64,000 bases of DNA. It comes from Vulcanimicrobiota bacterium. Lineage in GTDB: Bacteria; Vulcanimicrobiota; Vulcanimicrobiia; Vulcanimicrobiales; Vulcanimicrobiaceae. Under the pieces are notes generated by a model. It worked only from the letters and a program-made list of their open reading frames with translations, made no database searches and was not told where the DNA came from. Both the position numbers and the translations under genes were made by a program. The DNA lies in NCBI GenBank assembly GCA_963777315.1, contig CAVZQC010000004.1, forward strand, positions 640,001 to 704,000. Reading direction: 5' to 3'. Below are positions 21,056-31,463 of the stretch, one piece after another (position 1 is the stretch's first letter; the number at the start of each line of letters is the position of its first letter).

Positions 21056-21789
21056 CGAGTGAACGTCTCCGCGGTGCCGCCGAAATACGACGCCGGCAAT
21101 GCTTGCGGGAACGTGTACCCGCTCAGAGTGTATTCGCCGAAGTAATCCGAGCTCTGCGAATATTCGTGGCGCCGGTACGACCAGACGACATGATTCACGA
21201 CCAGATAAGGCCCCGAGTATCCCAGTTCAACTTCAAAGTCGGTCAGCGAATTCGGACCTTGCGTGCTGCCGTCGAAATGAACGTATCCGCTCACGATCAG
21301 CTTCCAAATCGCCTCCGTCTGGGTGTCGACCCACATCGCTTTAATCGCGGGCCGCTTGGACGAAACGCCGTTAAACGCGAGCACGTACGTCGTGTGGCCT
21401 TTGTACGATTCGATCCCCTGCACGCTGCACCCCAAGTCGCCCTGCGTTCGCACGCTGGCGATCGTCGGAAGCACGTCGCCTTGCGGCAGCCACATGTCGC
21501 GCGCGGGACCATACGGGCCCAGCACCGGCGGTCCCGGTTCGGTCCGGCGCGTGAGCACCGGCTCGAAATTGAATCGCTCGTCGCGAACGCGCGCTATGCC
21601 GTCGTCGCGGTAGTCGACGTGGGCAACGGTTTGCACCACCGGCTGCTCGTCTTGCGTGAGTGAGATTCGCTCGTCATAGCTGACGTACGTGGGGTGCGGC
21701 GACATCGCACTGTGCCGAAGCGCCGAATCGAAGATGTCCCAGCATGGCGGAATGCCGATAGCGGCTGCCAGCACGATTGAAGGGAACAT
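21052..21789 (-). CDS. Hypothetical exported beta-rich protein
   Basis: GGAGG before ATG 21789; short hydrophobic N-terminus. Confidence 0.7.
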   Translation of the reverse strand: MFPSIVLAAAIGIPPCWDIFDSALRHSAMSPHPTYVSYDERISLTQDEQPVVQTVAHVDYRDDGIARVRDERFNFEPVLTRRTEPGPPVLGPYGPARDMWLPQGDVLPTIASVRTQGDLGCSVQGIESYKGHTTYVLAFNGVSSKRPAIKAMWVDTQTEAIWKLIVSGYVHFDGSTQGPNSLTDFEVELGYSGPYLVVNHVVWSYRRHEYSQSSDYFGEYTLSGYTFPQALPASYFGGTAETFTR

Positions 21790-21882
21790 TGGAATCGCCT
21801 CCATGGTTATTATGTGGTAGACACGGCCGGATGACAAGGTGATGAACGCGGCCCGGCGAACGAGCCGCGGTCCCAATTTCGC

Positions 21883-21955
21883 GGGGATGTAGCTCAGCTG
21901 GTAGAGCGCCTGCTTTGCAAGCAGGAAGTCAGGGGTTCGAGTCCCCTCATCTCCA
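21883..21955 (+). tRNA. tRNA-Ala (TGC)
   Basis: Anticodon arm CCTGC-TT-TGC-AA-GCAGG; G3:U70 pair. Confidence 0.97.
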
Positions 21956-21974
21956 AGCTGCGTGACCGCGGCGC

Positions 21975-22047
21975 GGGGGCATAGCTCAGCTGGTAGAGCA
22001 TTACGCTGGCAGCGTAAGGGTCAGGAGTTCGAGTCTCCTTGCCTCCA
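21975..22047 (+). tRNA. tRNA-Ala (GGC)
   Basis: Anticodon arm TTACG-CT-GGC-AG-CGTAA; G3:U70 pair. Confidence 0.97.
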
Positions 22048-22084
22048 TATCATCGACGGTCCGGCCGCGCGGAGCGCCGGACCG

Positions 22085-22112
22085 TTGCACGCCACGGCGC
22101 GTGTGCTATACT
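22085..22112 (+). promoter_or_regulatory. Sigma70 promoter of rnpB
   Basis: TTGCAC-16 nt-TATACT with TG extension. Confidence 0.75.
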
Positions 22113-22118
22113 GCTCGA

Positions 22119-22508
22119 CGCGGAGTACGCCGGGCGGCCGCTCTTCCGTACGCGGAGGAGAGGAAAGTCCGGGCTTCACTGGGCAGGGTGCAGGATAACG
22201 TCCTGTCGGGGCGACCCGAAGGAAAGTGCCACAGAAACATACCGCCTCCAAAGCGCGCAGCAATTTGGGGGCAAGGGTGAAATCGTGAGGTAAGAGCTCA
22301 CGGAGCCGCGCGGTGACGCGCGCTCGGGTAAACCCCACCCGAAGCAAGACTGCTCGATTCTCCGCCGGCGCGTAAAGCGCGCCTGCGCAGCGGACGGCCC
22401 GTCCGCCCGAGCAAACGTCGCATCGAGGTCCGCGGCAACGCGGGCCCCAGAGAGATGGCCGTCTCCCGCTCTGCGGGAACAGAATCCGGCTTATAGGCGT
22501 GCTCCGCG
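22119..22508 (+). ncRNA. rnpB: RNase P RNA (bacterial type A)
   Basis: GAGGAAAGTCCGGGC, GGAAAGTGCCACAGAAA, GGTAAACCCCAC, AACAGAATCCGGCTTA; P1 pairing CGGAGTACGCC / GGCGTGCTCCG. Confidence 0.97.
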
Positions 22509-22529
22509 CATCTCCCGTACATTCAATGC

Positions 22530-24246
22530 ATGAGGCCCTCGATCTGGCGTGTCCTCGCGCTGTGCTGCATTACGCTTGCAATTGCGTTTGTGCTGTACCA
22601 ACTGACCATCCCCGAGCGCGATACGTTCGGTCTAGGCAACTGGGTGCCGCTGAGCCGTCCGGAATTTCTCGTCAAATCCGTCGAGCCCAATTCACCCGCG
22701 CAACGCGCCGGTATTCGGCCCGGCGATGCGATCTCGTACGGCACCAATAGTCAAGAACGCCTAACGGCGCTTTACCCCAGTCCGGGCACTCGCGTACGGC
22801 TCAAGGTCAACGGTTCTCGGGTCGTCGTGCTCACTGCGCGCAAATTGCCGGCACTGGGAAGCGAACTCGTGCTGCCGACGCTCATACGTTTGGCATTTTT
22901 GCTCGTGGCCGCTCTACTTGCGTGGCGAAAATCCGAAGATCGATCTGCACGAGCGCTCGTGGCATTTCTCTTTTGCTACGGGCTGGGGATCAGTCTGCCG
23001 AACGGTGTGCTCCCGACGCCTCTTCTGTCGTTCATTGTTCTGCAGCTCGGCCCTTTGGCGCTTTTCCTTCTGGGAACGAGCGCCGCCGCCGTATTCGCTG
23101 CGAACTTTCCTTCGCGCTCGAACGATTACGCAACGCAGGCCATGGCGCGCATCGGGCAGTTGGTCGCGATTGCGGCATTGATCGTCGTGGTTTCAGGCGA
23201 ATCGATTCCACATACCGCGCTTGTCAGCTTTCACGCTCAACGCCATCACCATGGCGGCGTTCATTATTCTTGGCGCACTCGTGCTGGCTACACTGATTGT
23301 GGCCCACGTCCGAGGCGCGGCAGCCGAGCGCCAGCGCCGCCGATGGGTTTTCCTCATCCTCGGCCTGGGAACGAGCGGCTTACTTCTCGATATTGCCGTG
23401 AGCGGCGTCATCGGTTACCAACGCTGGCTCGACGATCTCGCGCTAGTCGTGATCGGTGCCATTCCCATCGGTCTGGCGTACGTCATTCTGCGACATCGGG
23501 TCATCGACGTGGGCTTTGTGCTCAACCGGGCACTGGTCTACACCGGCGTTTCGGCCGTCATCGTTGCGGTTTTTCTGATCGTCGAAACGCTGCTCAGCAA
23601 ATACGTCGAACAGAATAGCCGCGTCGGAAGCATCGCGGCGCAGCTCGTCGTCGCGCTCGTCTTGGGCTTCTCCGTGCGCGCGATCCACACGCGAGTGGAT
23701 CGCTTCGTCGACAGCGTACTTTTCCGCGAGCGGCATCTTGCCGAAGAGGCATTACGTCTCTTCTCGCACGACGCCGCGTACATCACCGAGGCCAACGTCT
23801 TGCTCTCCCGTTGCGTGCGGGCCATCGAACGCTATGCGTGCGCGCGCGGCGCCGGAATTTGGGTGGCAAACTCGCCGGCATACCGGCCGGCGGTAAGCAC
23901 CTTCGAAGTTGCCGCAACCGTGGATGAGAATGATGCAGCCGTGGTCGCAATGCGCGCTCGCCGCGTCTGCGTGGATTTGCCGCTGGACGAATCCGCTCTG
24001 CCCGGTTCGCTCGCCTTTCCCATGATCGTGCGGGGCGAGCTCCTCGGCATGCTTGTGTGCGGGGCCAAGTCCGATGATGAAACCTACGCGCCCGACGAAC
24101 GCGAAACGCTCGCTTCCCTTGCCACAAGCGTCGGCCATGCGCTCGATACGATTGAAGTACGCGAGCTGCGGCGCCGGCTGGAAACGCTCGGCGCGCCGGC
24201 CCTAGTCCCGCCCGTCGCAACCGATGAGGGTCGCGCGGCGTTCTAA
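22530..24246 (+). CDS. PDZ + multi-TM + GAF membrane protein, split by an apparent 1-nt insertion near 23230
   Basis: VEPNSPAQRAGIRPGD (PDZ); YVILRHRVIDV; LAFPMIVRGELLGMLVCG (GAF); removing one T joins HTALVS to FTLNAIT. Confidence 0.8.
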
Positions 24247-24255
24247 CCGAAGGAT

Positions 24256-24666
24256 ATGAGCATGGCAGAACAGCGTTTTACACCCGAGATGACCGTCGAC
24301 CAAGCCTTCAAGGTGCATGCGGGAGCGCGGCGCGTTTTCGCGCGCTTCCACTTGGGGGGCTGCTCCAATTGCGCGATCAGCGAATCGCACACGATTGGCG
24401 CCATCAGCGAAGATTATGGCATTCCTCTGCCGATGCTGCTCGACAGCCTGAACGCGCTATGGGATCAAGGCACGCTGGCAGTCGGCGACCAGGTTCGCAT
24501 CCCGGATGAGATTCGCTCGAAAATCCCTCAGCTGGCGAACGTGCCCGAGGTCGGCGAGATCAAGAGCGTCGAGGCAGGGGCCTACACCGCTGAGTTCGGC
24601 GAGGTGCGGTTGCAGGGTCTAGCCGAGGATTTCATTCCGGTCCGGGCAACCGTCACTACGCCGTAA
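24256..24666 (+). CDS. DUF1858-like CxxC domain fused to a small SH3/KOW-like domain
   Basis: FTPEMTV..VFARFHLGGCSNCAISESHTI; LAVGDQVRI. Confidence 0.7.
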   Translation: MSMAEQRFTPEMTVDQAFKVHAGARRVFARFHLGGCSNCAISESHTIGAISEDYGIPLPMLLDSLNALWDQGTLAVGDQVRIPDEIRSKIPQLANVPEVGEIKSVEAGAYTAEFGEVRLQGLAEDFIPVRATVTTP

Positions 24667-24672
24667 TGAACG

Positions 24673-24695
24673 ACGCCCCGGAATCCGGGGCGTTT
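24673..24695. terminator. Intrinsic terminator between convergent genes
   Basis: ACGCCCCGG-AAT-CCGGGGCGT followed by TT. Confidence 0.7.
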
Positions 24696-25094
24696 CTATT
24701 CGAGGGGCTTGCGTTCGCTAAAGCCTTCGTCCATACCGTGCCAGTGCGAGATGCTCTGCTCGCCGGCTTTCCAGCACAGAAAGACTGCGCGGCCGTCGCG
24801 CATCGACGGGAAATCGAGCAGCCCCAAATCGATGTCCTTCACGATGCAGCCGTAGGCTTCGATGCGGTTCATAATGCGCACGATCTCGGCCTTTTGTTCG
24901 CTGAAACGGCCCGGGGTAAAAGGTGAACGCGGCGTCGCCATTCTGCTGTGGGGAGCGCGCTCCGTGCCGCGCAGCACCGGGTCGTTCTCGAGAAGCCTGA
25001 TCGCCAGGTCGCGCCGCTTGCGCCAAAGATCCTCCATCAATGGAGCTACCTTCGGGATGAGGGCGTTAGCCTTTTCGGGCGAAAACAGTTTCAT
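24696..25094 (-). CDS. DUF2203 family protein
   Basis: FSPEKANALIP..KDIDLGLLDFP..LCWKAGEQSISHWH..GFSERKPL. Confidence 0.88.
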   Translation of the reverse strand: MKLFSPEKANALIPKVAPLMEDLWRKRRDLAIRLLENDPVLRGTERAPHSRMATPRSPFTPGRFSEQKAEIVRIMNRIEAYGCIVKDIDLGLLDFPSMRDGRAVFLCWKAGEQSISHWHGMDEGFSERKPLE

Positions 25095-25140
25095 GAGATT
25101 CGAACGCTCCGCCCTTCGACGGGCCGTGGGAAAGCGCTAA

Positions 25141-26002
25141 GTGGTATCGGGCCGATTGGTTTTCGTAACCGGGCTCTCCGGCGCGGGCAAGAGTCAAGCG
25201 ATGAAGACACTGGAAGATTTGGGCTTTTACTGTGTAGATAACCTTCCTCCCAAGCTCACGCCGCAAACCCTCTCACTGTTAAAAGACGCGCAGGTGCGCG
25301 AAGTCGCAATTGCGCTGGACGTCCGCAGCGGAGGAACCTTGGGCGAAGCGTTGCCCCTGCTTTCCGATCTGTTCGAGCGCAGCGTGCACCCGCTCGTGTT
25401 GTTCTTGGATGCTCGCGACGACGTACTAGTACGGCGGTACAGCGAAACGCGCCGGCGCCACCCGTTCGCTTCGGTCGGTTCGCTGCGCGATGCGATCGCC
25501 GTCGAGCGCTCCACGCTGGCGCCGTTGCGCGCTCTCGCCTCACACGTCATCGACACGACCGCTCTCACGCATGCCGATCTGAAAGAGCGCATCCTTGCTT
25601 CGTTTGCACCCGAGCACGCCGATCGTCGTCTGTCGGTGACCATCGTCGCGTTCGGGTTCAAATACGGCATACCGCTCGATCTGGACGTGCTGTTCGACGT
25701 GCGTTTCCTACACAACCCGAACTACGTTGAGCGGCTGCGCCCGCTTACGGGTGCCGACCCGTCGGTTGCCCAATACATCGAAACCGACCCGTCCACGGCT
25801 CCGTTTCTGGATCGGCTGTTCGACATGATCGACTTTTTGATGCCGCGCTTTATGACCGAGGGCAAATCGCAGACTGACCATCGGTATCGGCTGCACGGGC
25901 GGGCGGCACCGGTCCGTCTACGTAGCGCGCCGTCTGTACGAGCATTTGGAGCGCCGCGGGCAAGTCGAGCTGTATCTGGATTCCAGGGATTCGGTTCGAT
26001 GA
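25141..26002 (+). CDS. rapZ: RNase adapter RapZ (YvcJ), with an apparent 1-nt insertion at 25873
   Basis: GLSGAGKS, VDNLPP, RRYSETRRRHP, FGFKYG; removing A25873 restores GKSQLTIGIGCTGGRHRSV ending at TGA 26002. Confidence 0.92.
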
Positions 26003-27348
26003 TTCGCCTCATACAGCGGTTGCCGCCGTTTCTGCGCTGGGCCGTTCCGGGTTTGGGCGTCAAGCGCTGGCTCATCGTCGCCATCGCCGGCATCCTGCTG
26101 CTCGTCAACGGAATCGATCGATACCTGGTGGCGATCGGGTACGACGTGCACGCCAACGAGCTCATCGACAGCTTCGTCGACGGTTACTTTCCACCCAGCT
26201 GGCTCAAATGGATATTCATCGCCGTAGGCATCGCCGCCATCTTCGTCGGCAGCCGCCAATGGCTGCTGGCCATTTTGCGCGCCGGCGCCATGGGTGGTAA
26301 CGATCGCATTTTAGATACGCTGTACGAAATGCGGCTGGGCAGCGGATACAAGATCGTCGCAATCGGCGGGGGCACGGGCCTTTCCACGCTGTTGCGCGGT
26401 CTCAAACGCAAGACGAGCAATCTGACGGCCGTCGTGACCGTCAGCGACGACGGCGGAAGCTCGGGACGCCTGCAGCGCGAGCTTGGCGTACTTCCCCCCG
26501 GCGACGTGCGCAACTGTTTGGTGGCGCTGGCCGACGACGAAGCAATGGTGACCGATCTGTTCCGCTACCGCTTTAGCGAAGGCGAGGGATTGAGCGGACA
26601 TTCGTTCGGCAACCTTTTCTTGGCTGCGATGACCGGCATCACCGGAAACTTCGATCACGCGATCAAGGAATCGAGCCGCGTGCTCAACATCACGGGGTGC
26701 GTGCTGCCTTCCACGCTTGGCGTTGCGCGGCTGTGCGCCCGGCTCTCCGACGGCACCGTCGTCGAGGGCGAATCGACCATCTCGGCTTCCAAACAGCCGA
26801 TCAAACAGGTCTTTTTCGATCCTCCGTACGCCGCGCCGCTGGGTGAAGTGATCACGGCCATCCGCGAAGCCGATGCGATCGTTCTCGGCCCGGGAAGCCT
26901 CTACACGTCGATTCTGCCGAACTTCTTGGTGGACCGTATCTCGCGCGAAGTCGCGTCGTCGAATGCAGTCAAAATGTACGTGTGCAACGTCATGACGCAG
27001 CCCGGCGAAACCGACCGCATGACCGCCGCGCACCACGTCGAAGCGCTGCTGGAAAATGCCGGCGCGCGCGTATGCGAGTTCGTCATCGTCAACGATCAGC
27101 CGCCCTCGAAACTCCGCGAGGCGTACGCAGTCGAAGGGCAAATTCCGGTCGAACCCGACATCGACCGCATCGTCGAAATGGGGTTGGTGCCGGTGCGCGC
27201 GCAAGTGATCAGCGAAACCGCGACCGTTCGGCACGATCCGGAGAAGCTCGCCCAAGTCGTCATGGGAATCATCGACCGATCCATCGCGCAACGCGCCTCG
27301 TACATGCGTCCCGCTCGCCTCTACGAGCGTTCCAACTCTCCGGCGTAA
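25999..27348 (+). CDS. yvcK: YvcK/GlmR (CofD-like) gluconeogenesis factor with N-terminal TM segments
   Basis: GGGTGLS, SDDGGSSG, PPGDVRNCL, GHSFGNL, GPGSLYTS; ATGA overlap with the restored rapZ stop. Confidence 0.92.
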   Translation: MIRLIQRLPPFLRWAVPGLGVKRWLIVAIAGILLLVNGIDRYLVAIGYDVHANELIDSFVDGYFPPSWLKWIFIAVGIAAIFVGSRQWLLAILRAGAMGGNDRILDTLYEMRLGSGYKIVAIGGGTGLSTLLRGLKRKTSNLTAVVTVSDDGGSSGRLQRELGVLPPGDVRNCLVALADDEAMVTDLFRYRFSEGEGLSGHSFGNLFLAAMTGITGNFDHAIKESSRVLNITGCVLPSTLGVARLCARLSDGTVVEGESTISASKQPIKQVFFDPPYAAPLGEVITAIREADAIVLGPGSLYTSILPNFLVDRISREVASSNAVKMYVCNVMTQPGETDRMTAAHHVEALLENAGARVCEFVIVNDQPPSKLREAYAVEGQIPVEPDIDRIVEMGLVPVRAQVISETATVRHDPEKLAQVVMGIIDRSIAQRASYMRPARLYERSNSPA

Positions 27349-28414
27349 GCTGCGGCAAAGGAACGCGCCGCCTGTTCCACTCGCTGGAATCGGCGGTTCG
27401 AACCGTTACCCCGCGCTCTTCCAACGCGCGACGCCCATCGTCTTCAACCATCCCGCCGAACGCGACGACCGCGACCCCGGCGCGCCGCGCCAGCTGCGCC
27501 ACGCCGGCGACCGTTTTGCCGCGCGGCGTCTGGGAGTCGATCTTTCCTTCGCCCGTCGCGCACAGTTGCGCGCCCCGCAGCGCCTGCTCCAGGCCGCACT
27601 CTTTGGCGATCACTTGCCAGCCGCGTTCCATGCGTGCGTTCAAAAACTCCATGAGTGCATACCCCACGCCGCCGCCGGCGCCGGCGCCGGGCGTTGCCGA
27701 TTCATCGCGGCCGAGCGTTCGCGCGGCGACGTCGGCGATCCGCGCCAACGAACGGTCCAACGCTGCGATCTGTGCTTGGTTTGCGCCTTTCTGCGGCGCG
27801 AACACCCGCGCTGCGCCGGCCGGACCGCACAACGGATTGTCGACGTCGACGGCGATGACGACCGGCACGCTCGTAATGCGCGCGTCCAGGGCGCCGACGT
27901 CGATCGTTTCCAAGCGCGCGTACGCCTCGATATCGCGGCCGAGTTCTTCGCCGGGCGCTGCGATGAAGCGCACGCCCAGGGCGCGCATCATCCCGCTTCC
28001 GGCGTCCGTGGTCGCACTGCCGCCGATTCCGATGACGATCGCTTTGGCTCCCGCATCCAAGGCAGCGCGCAGGAGCTCACCGGTCCCATACGTGTCGGCG
28101 TGCAACGGATCGAGCCGGTCGCGCTCCACTAGAGAAAGCCCCGATGCGCAAGCCATTTCAAGGATTGCGGTGAGGCCTTGCATTGCGAACGGCGCGTCGA
28201 CCGGATCGCCCAGCGGGCCGGTTACCCGAGCGCTGCGCCGCTGCGCGCCCGCATGCAAAAAAGCCTCCACCGTGCCTTCCCCGCCATCGGCCATGGGTAC
28301 CAGCGCGAATTCGGCATGCGGCCATACCGCGCGCATGCCGCGGTGCAGCGCTTGCGCAGCCTGCATCGCCGTCAGCCGGCCTTTGAATTTGTCGGGCGCG
28401 ATGACGACGCGCAT
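27269..28414 (-). CDS. glxK: Glycerate kinase; C-terminus looks irregular
   Basis: APDKFKG, PMADGGEG, GIGGSATTDAG, DVDNPL, TGEGKIDSQT. Confidence 0.92.
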   Translation of the reverse strand: MRVVIAPDKFKGRLTAMQAAQALHRGMRAVWPHAEFALVPMADGGEGTVEAFLHAGAQRRSARVTGPLGDPVDAPFAMQGLTAILEMACASGLSLVERDRLDPLHADTYGTGELLRAALDAGAKAIVIGIGGSATTDAGSGMMRALGVRFIAAPGEELGRDIEAYARLETIDVGALDARITSVPVVIAVDVDNPLCGPAGAARVFAPQKGANQAQIAALDRSLARIADVAARTLGRDESATPGAGAGGGVGYALMEFLNARMERGWQVIAKECGLEQALRGAQLCATGEGKIDSQTPRGKTVAGVAQLARRAGVAVVAFGGMVEDDGRRALEERGVTVRTADSSEWNRRRVPLPQLTPESWNARRGERDACTRRVARWIGR

Positions 28415-28424
28415 CGCGCGGGCC

Positions 28425-28760
28425 TCAGTGCGAAAGCGTGACGGTCAGCGCAAGCGGTTTGTCCGGCGCCAAGTGCGCGCTGCCCGAGTATGGCTTGTAC
28501 GTAGCATTGGGAACGGTCACGACGTAATCAATGGAGCCCACCGGAACCTGCGCAAACGAGAACTTGCCGCTGGGATCCGTTTGTACGGTCAGCACGGTAT
28601 CGACCGTTACGGTGGCGCCTTGGATCGGGCGATTCGTCGCAGCATCCAGCACCACGCCTTGGATGCTTTGGTACGTGCCCCCCGGCGGAAGCGAGCTGTC
28701 GTTGCATCCTACGAGCGCCGCCAATGCAACGAACGCCCAAATCAATCGTGCACGTCTCAT
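28425..28760 (-). CDS. Lipoprotein with carboxypeptidase-regulatory-like (prealbumin-like) domain
   Basis: Lipobox LVGC; IQGVVLDAATNRPIQGATV..TDPSGKF. Confidence 0.8.
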   Translation of the reverse strand: MRRARLIWAFVALAALVGCNDSSLPPGGTYQSIQGVVLDAATNRPIQGATVTVDTVLTVQTDPSGKFSFAQVPVGSIDYVVTVPNATYKPYSGSAHLAPDKPLALTVTLSH

Positions 28761-28877
28761 ACAAGCCTTCCTCTTCCACCACTATAGTACTCGACCCGGC
28801 CAACGTGACCAAGCGAAGGGCCACGAGCCGGCCACGCTGAACCGCGTGAGGTTCCCCCTTGGATCGGAGGCATTCCA

Positions 28878-30284
28878 GTGACGACCATGGCGTCGGACCC
28901 CGCAACCGGCATACGCTACTTCGACGACGCGCTCGAGGCGATCGGCAACACGCCGCTCATCCGGCTCAACAAGGTGACCGACGGCGTTCAATGTTTGGTG
29001 CTCGCCAAGGTCGAGTACGTCAACCCCGGCGGCAGCGTAAAAGATCGACCGGCCGTAGCCATGCTGGATGCTGCCGAGCAAGCCGGCCTGCTCAAGCCGG
29101 GCGGAACGATCGTCGAACCGACCAGCGGCAATACCGGTTCGGGTTTAGCCATGGCGGCGGCCATTCGCGGTTACCGCTGCATTCTGGTTATGCCCGACAA
29201 GATGTCCAAAGAAAAAGTCGACCTGCTTCGCGCGTACGGCGCCGAGGTCGTGGTAACGCCGTCCAACGTGGCCAATGATTCGCCGGAGTCGTATTACGGT
29301 GTGGCAAACCGGCTGGCGTCCGAAATCGCCGGAGCGTTCCAGCCCAACCAATTTCACAACCACCACAATCCGCAGGCTCACTACCACACGACCGGACCGG
29401 AAGTGTGGGAACAGACGGGCGGCCGCATTACGCATTTCGTGGCAGGCATCGGTACTGGCGGGACGATTTCCGGAACGGCACGCTATCTCAAAGAACGCAA
29501 TCCCAAAATTCACGTGGTCGGCGCCGATCCCGAAGGCTCGATCTATTCGGGCGACACGCCCAAATCGTACGCCGTCGAAGGCATCGGCATGTCGTATCTG
29601 CCCGAGACCGTGGATATGAAGGTGATCGATGAAATGGTGCGCGTGTCGGATCGCGATTCTTTCCTCATGGCGCGACGAATTACGCGCGAAGAAGGGCTGC
29701 TCGTCGGCGGCTCGTCGGGCACGGCTGCCGTCGCGGCGATGAGGCTGGCGAAAACACTGCCCGCCCAGGCGGTTCTCGTCGTCCTCTTCCCCGATTCGGG
29801 ACGCGGTTATATGTCGAAGATCTTCAACGACGAATGGATGATCGCCAACGGATTTCTCTCCGAAGGCAAACGCCGCGCTACGGTGGGCGACGTCCTGCGA
29901 AGCAAGCGGCCTCTACCGCCCCTGATTACGGTGGAGGATACCGACGTCGTCAAAAACGCATTGGATCTTCTGCGTCAGTATGAAATTTCGCAGATTCCGG
30001 TCATGCGCGCGCACGAACAAATCGGCAGCATCAACGACGTGACGGTCATGCAGGCAGTTTTCGACCAAGCCGACATCATTCACAAACCCGTCCGCGAGGT
30101 GATGGGACGTCCGTTTCCCGTGCTCGATCAAACCGAAGAGATCGACCGCGCGTACAAATTCCTGACGCTGGCAAATCCGGCGGTCGTGGTGACGGATGAA
30201 GACGAGCCGATCGGCGTACTCACGCGACAAGACATCATCAGCTATCTGTCGGTGGCCAGCGACGCCCCCAAAGGCCACATCTAG
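28878..30284 (+). CDS. cbs: Cystathionine beta-synthase with C-terminal CBS domains
   Basis: NPGGSVKDR, EPTSGNTG, GIGTGGT, PDSGRGYMSK, CBS pair. Confidence 0.92.
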   Translation: MTTMASDPATGIRYFDDALEAIGNTPLIRLNKVTDGVQCLVLAKVEYVNPGGSVKDRPAVAMLDAAEQAGLLKPGGTIVEPTSGNTGSGLAMAAAIRGYRCILVMPDKMSKEKVDLLRAYGAEVVVTPSNVANDSPESYYGVANRLASEIAGAFQPNQFHNHHNPQAHYHTTGPEVWEQTGGRITHFVAGIGTGGTISGTARYLKERNPKIHVVGADPEGSIYSGDTPKSYAVEGIGMSYLPETVDMKVIDEMVRVSDRDSFLMARRITREEGLLVGGSSGTAAVAAMRLAKTLPAQAVLVVLFPDSGRGYMSKIFNDEWMIANGFLSEGKRRATVGDVLRSKRPLPPLITVEDTDVVKNALDLLRQYEISQIPVMRAHEQIGSINDVTVMQAVFDQADIIHKPVREVMGRPFPVLDQTEEIDRAYKFLTLANPAVVVTDEDEPIGVLTRQDIISYLSVASDAPKGHI

Positions 30285-31463
30285 TTGCGATTCAGTACGA
30301 AAGCCATTCACGCCGGGCAGGATGCCGACCCCACTACCGGCGCGACGATCGTCCCAATCTATCAGACTTCCACCTATACGCAGGACGCCGTCGGCGCGCA
30401 TAAAGGTTACGATTACAGCCGGACGATAAATCCGACGCGCGTCGCGCTCGAAACGCAGCTGGCGGCTCTGGAGAACGCGGAATACGCCTGCGCCTTTGCC
30501 AGCGGGATGGCTGCAACGTCTGCGGTGCTCAACGTGCTTTCCGCCGGCGACCACGTCATCGTGACGGATGATTTATACGGGGGAACTTACCGGCTGTTCG
30601 AGCGCGTGCTTACACGCTACGGTTTGGAATTCACGTACGTGGACATGGCCGACATGCAAGCCGTGCGCGCAGCGCTTGCGCCGAACACGAAAATGTTTTG
30701 GATCGAAACGCCGACCAATCCGCTGCTCAAACTGATCGACATCCGCGAGATCGCTTCGCTCGCGCGCGCCGGCGCAGGCAAGGTCATCGTCGCGGTCGAC
30801 AACACCTTTGCTACACCCTACTTTCAGGAGCCGCTCGCGCTGGGCGCCGACGTCGTGGTTCACTCCACGACCAAGTACATCGGCGGACACAGCGACGTGG
30901 TCGGTGGAGCAGCGGCCGTCAACGACAAGAGCCTCTACGAAACGATCAAATTCCATCAAAATGCCGTAGGCGGCATCCCGGGACCGCATGACGCTTGGTT
31001 GACGATGCGCGGCGCCAAAACGCTTGCGCTGCGGATGGAACGGCATGCCGAAAACGCGCAGGCCGTTGCCGAGTTTCTGCAGGCGCATCCCCAGGTACGG
31101 CGCGTGCACTATCCGGGCTTGCCGACCCATCCGCAGCACGAGCTGGCCAAGCGCCAAATGTCCGGATTCGGCGGAATGGTGTCCTTCACGCTTGCGGGTG
31201 AGCCCGAGCGCGCGATCGATTTCGCCAACCGAATGAAATATTTCAGCTTGGCGGAAAGCTTGGGCGGGGTCGAGTCGCTCGTTTGCCATCCGGCGCGCAT
31301 GACGCATGGGTCGATCCCAAAGCAAGAGCGCGAAAAACGCGGAGTCACCGATGGATTGCTGCGGTTGTCGGTCGGTATCGAGGACGTTGAAGACTTATTG
31401 GACGACTTACGCAGCGCCCTGGACAGCGTCAGAAACGATCCTTTGGATACGCTACGGCACTGA
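30285..31463 (+). CDS. Cystathionine gamma-lyase/synthase
   Basis: PIYQTSTY, YSRTINP, ETPTNP, HSTTKYIGGHSD, AESLGGVES; TTG start abutting cbs. Confidence 0.93.
   Translation: MRFSTKAIHAGQDADPTTGATIVPIYQTSTYTQDAVGAHKGYDYSRTINPTRVALETQLAALENAEYACAFASGMAATSAVLNVLSAGDHVIVTDDLYGGTYRLFERVLTRYGLEFTYVDMADMQAVRAALAPNTKMFWIETPTNPLLKLIDIREIASLARAGAGKVIVAVDNTFATPYFQEPLALGADVVVHSTTKYIGGHSDVVGGAAAVNDKSLYETIKFHQNAVGGIPGPHDAWLTMRGAKTLALRMERHAENAQAVAEFLQAHPQVRRVHYPGLPTHPQHELAKRQMSGFGGMVSFTLAGEPERAIDFANRMKYFSLAESLGGVESLVCHPARMTHGSIPKQEREKRGVTDGLLRLSVGIEDVEDLLDDLRSALDSVRNDPLDTLRH

Noticed and set aside
21962..22522. Short ORFs over tRNA-Ala and rnpB
   Set aside because: Shadows of structured RNA genes
25141..27348. 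735-aa RapZ-YvcK fusion in the ORF track
   Set aside because: Removing one base at 25873 restores the RapZ CTGGRHRSV motif and a stop overlapping the yvcK ATG, so these are two genes
28761..28877. SAM or T-box riboswitch upstream of cbs
   Set aside because: No recognisable aptamer core or terminator in a 117-nt divergent intergenic region
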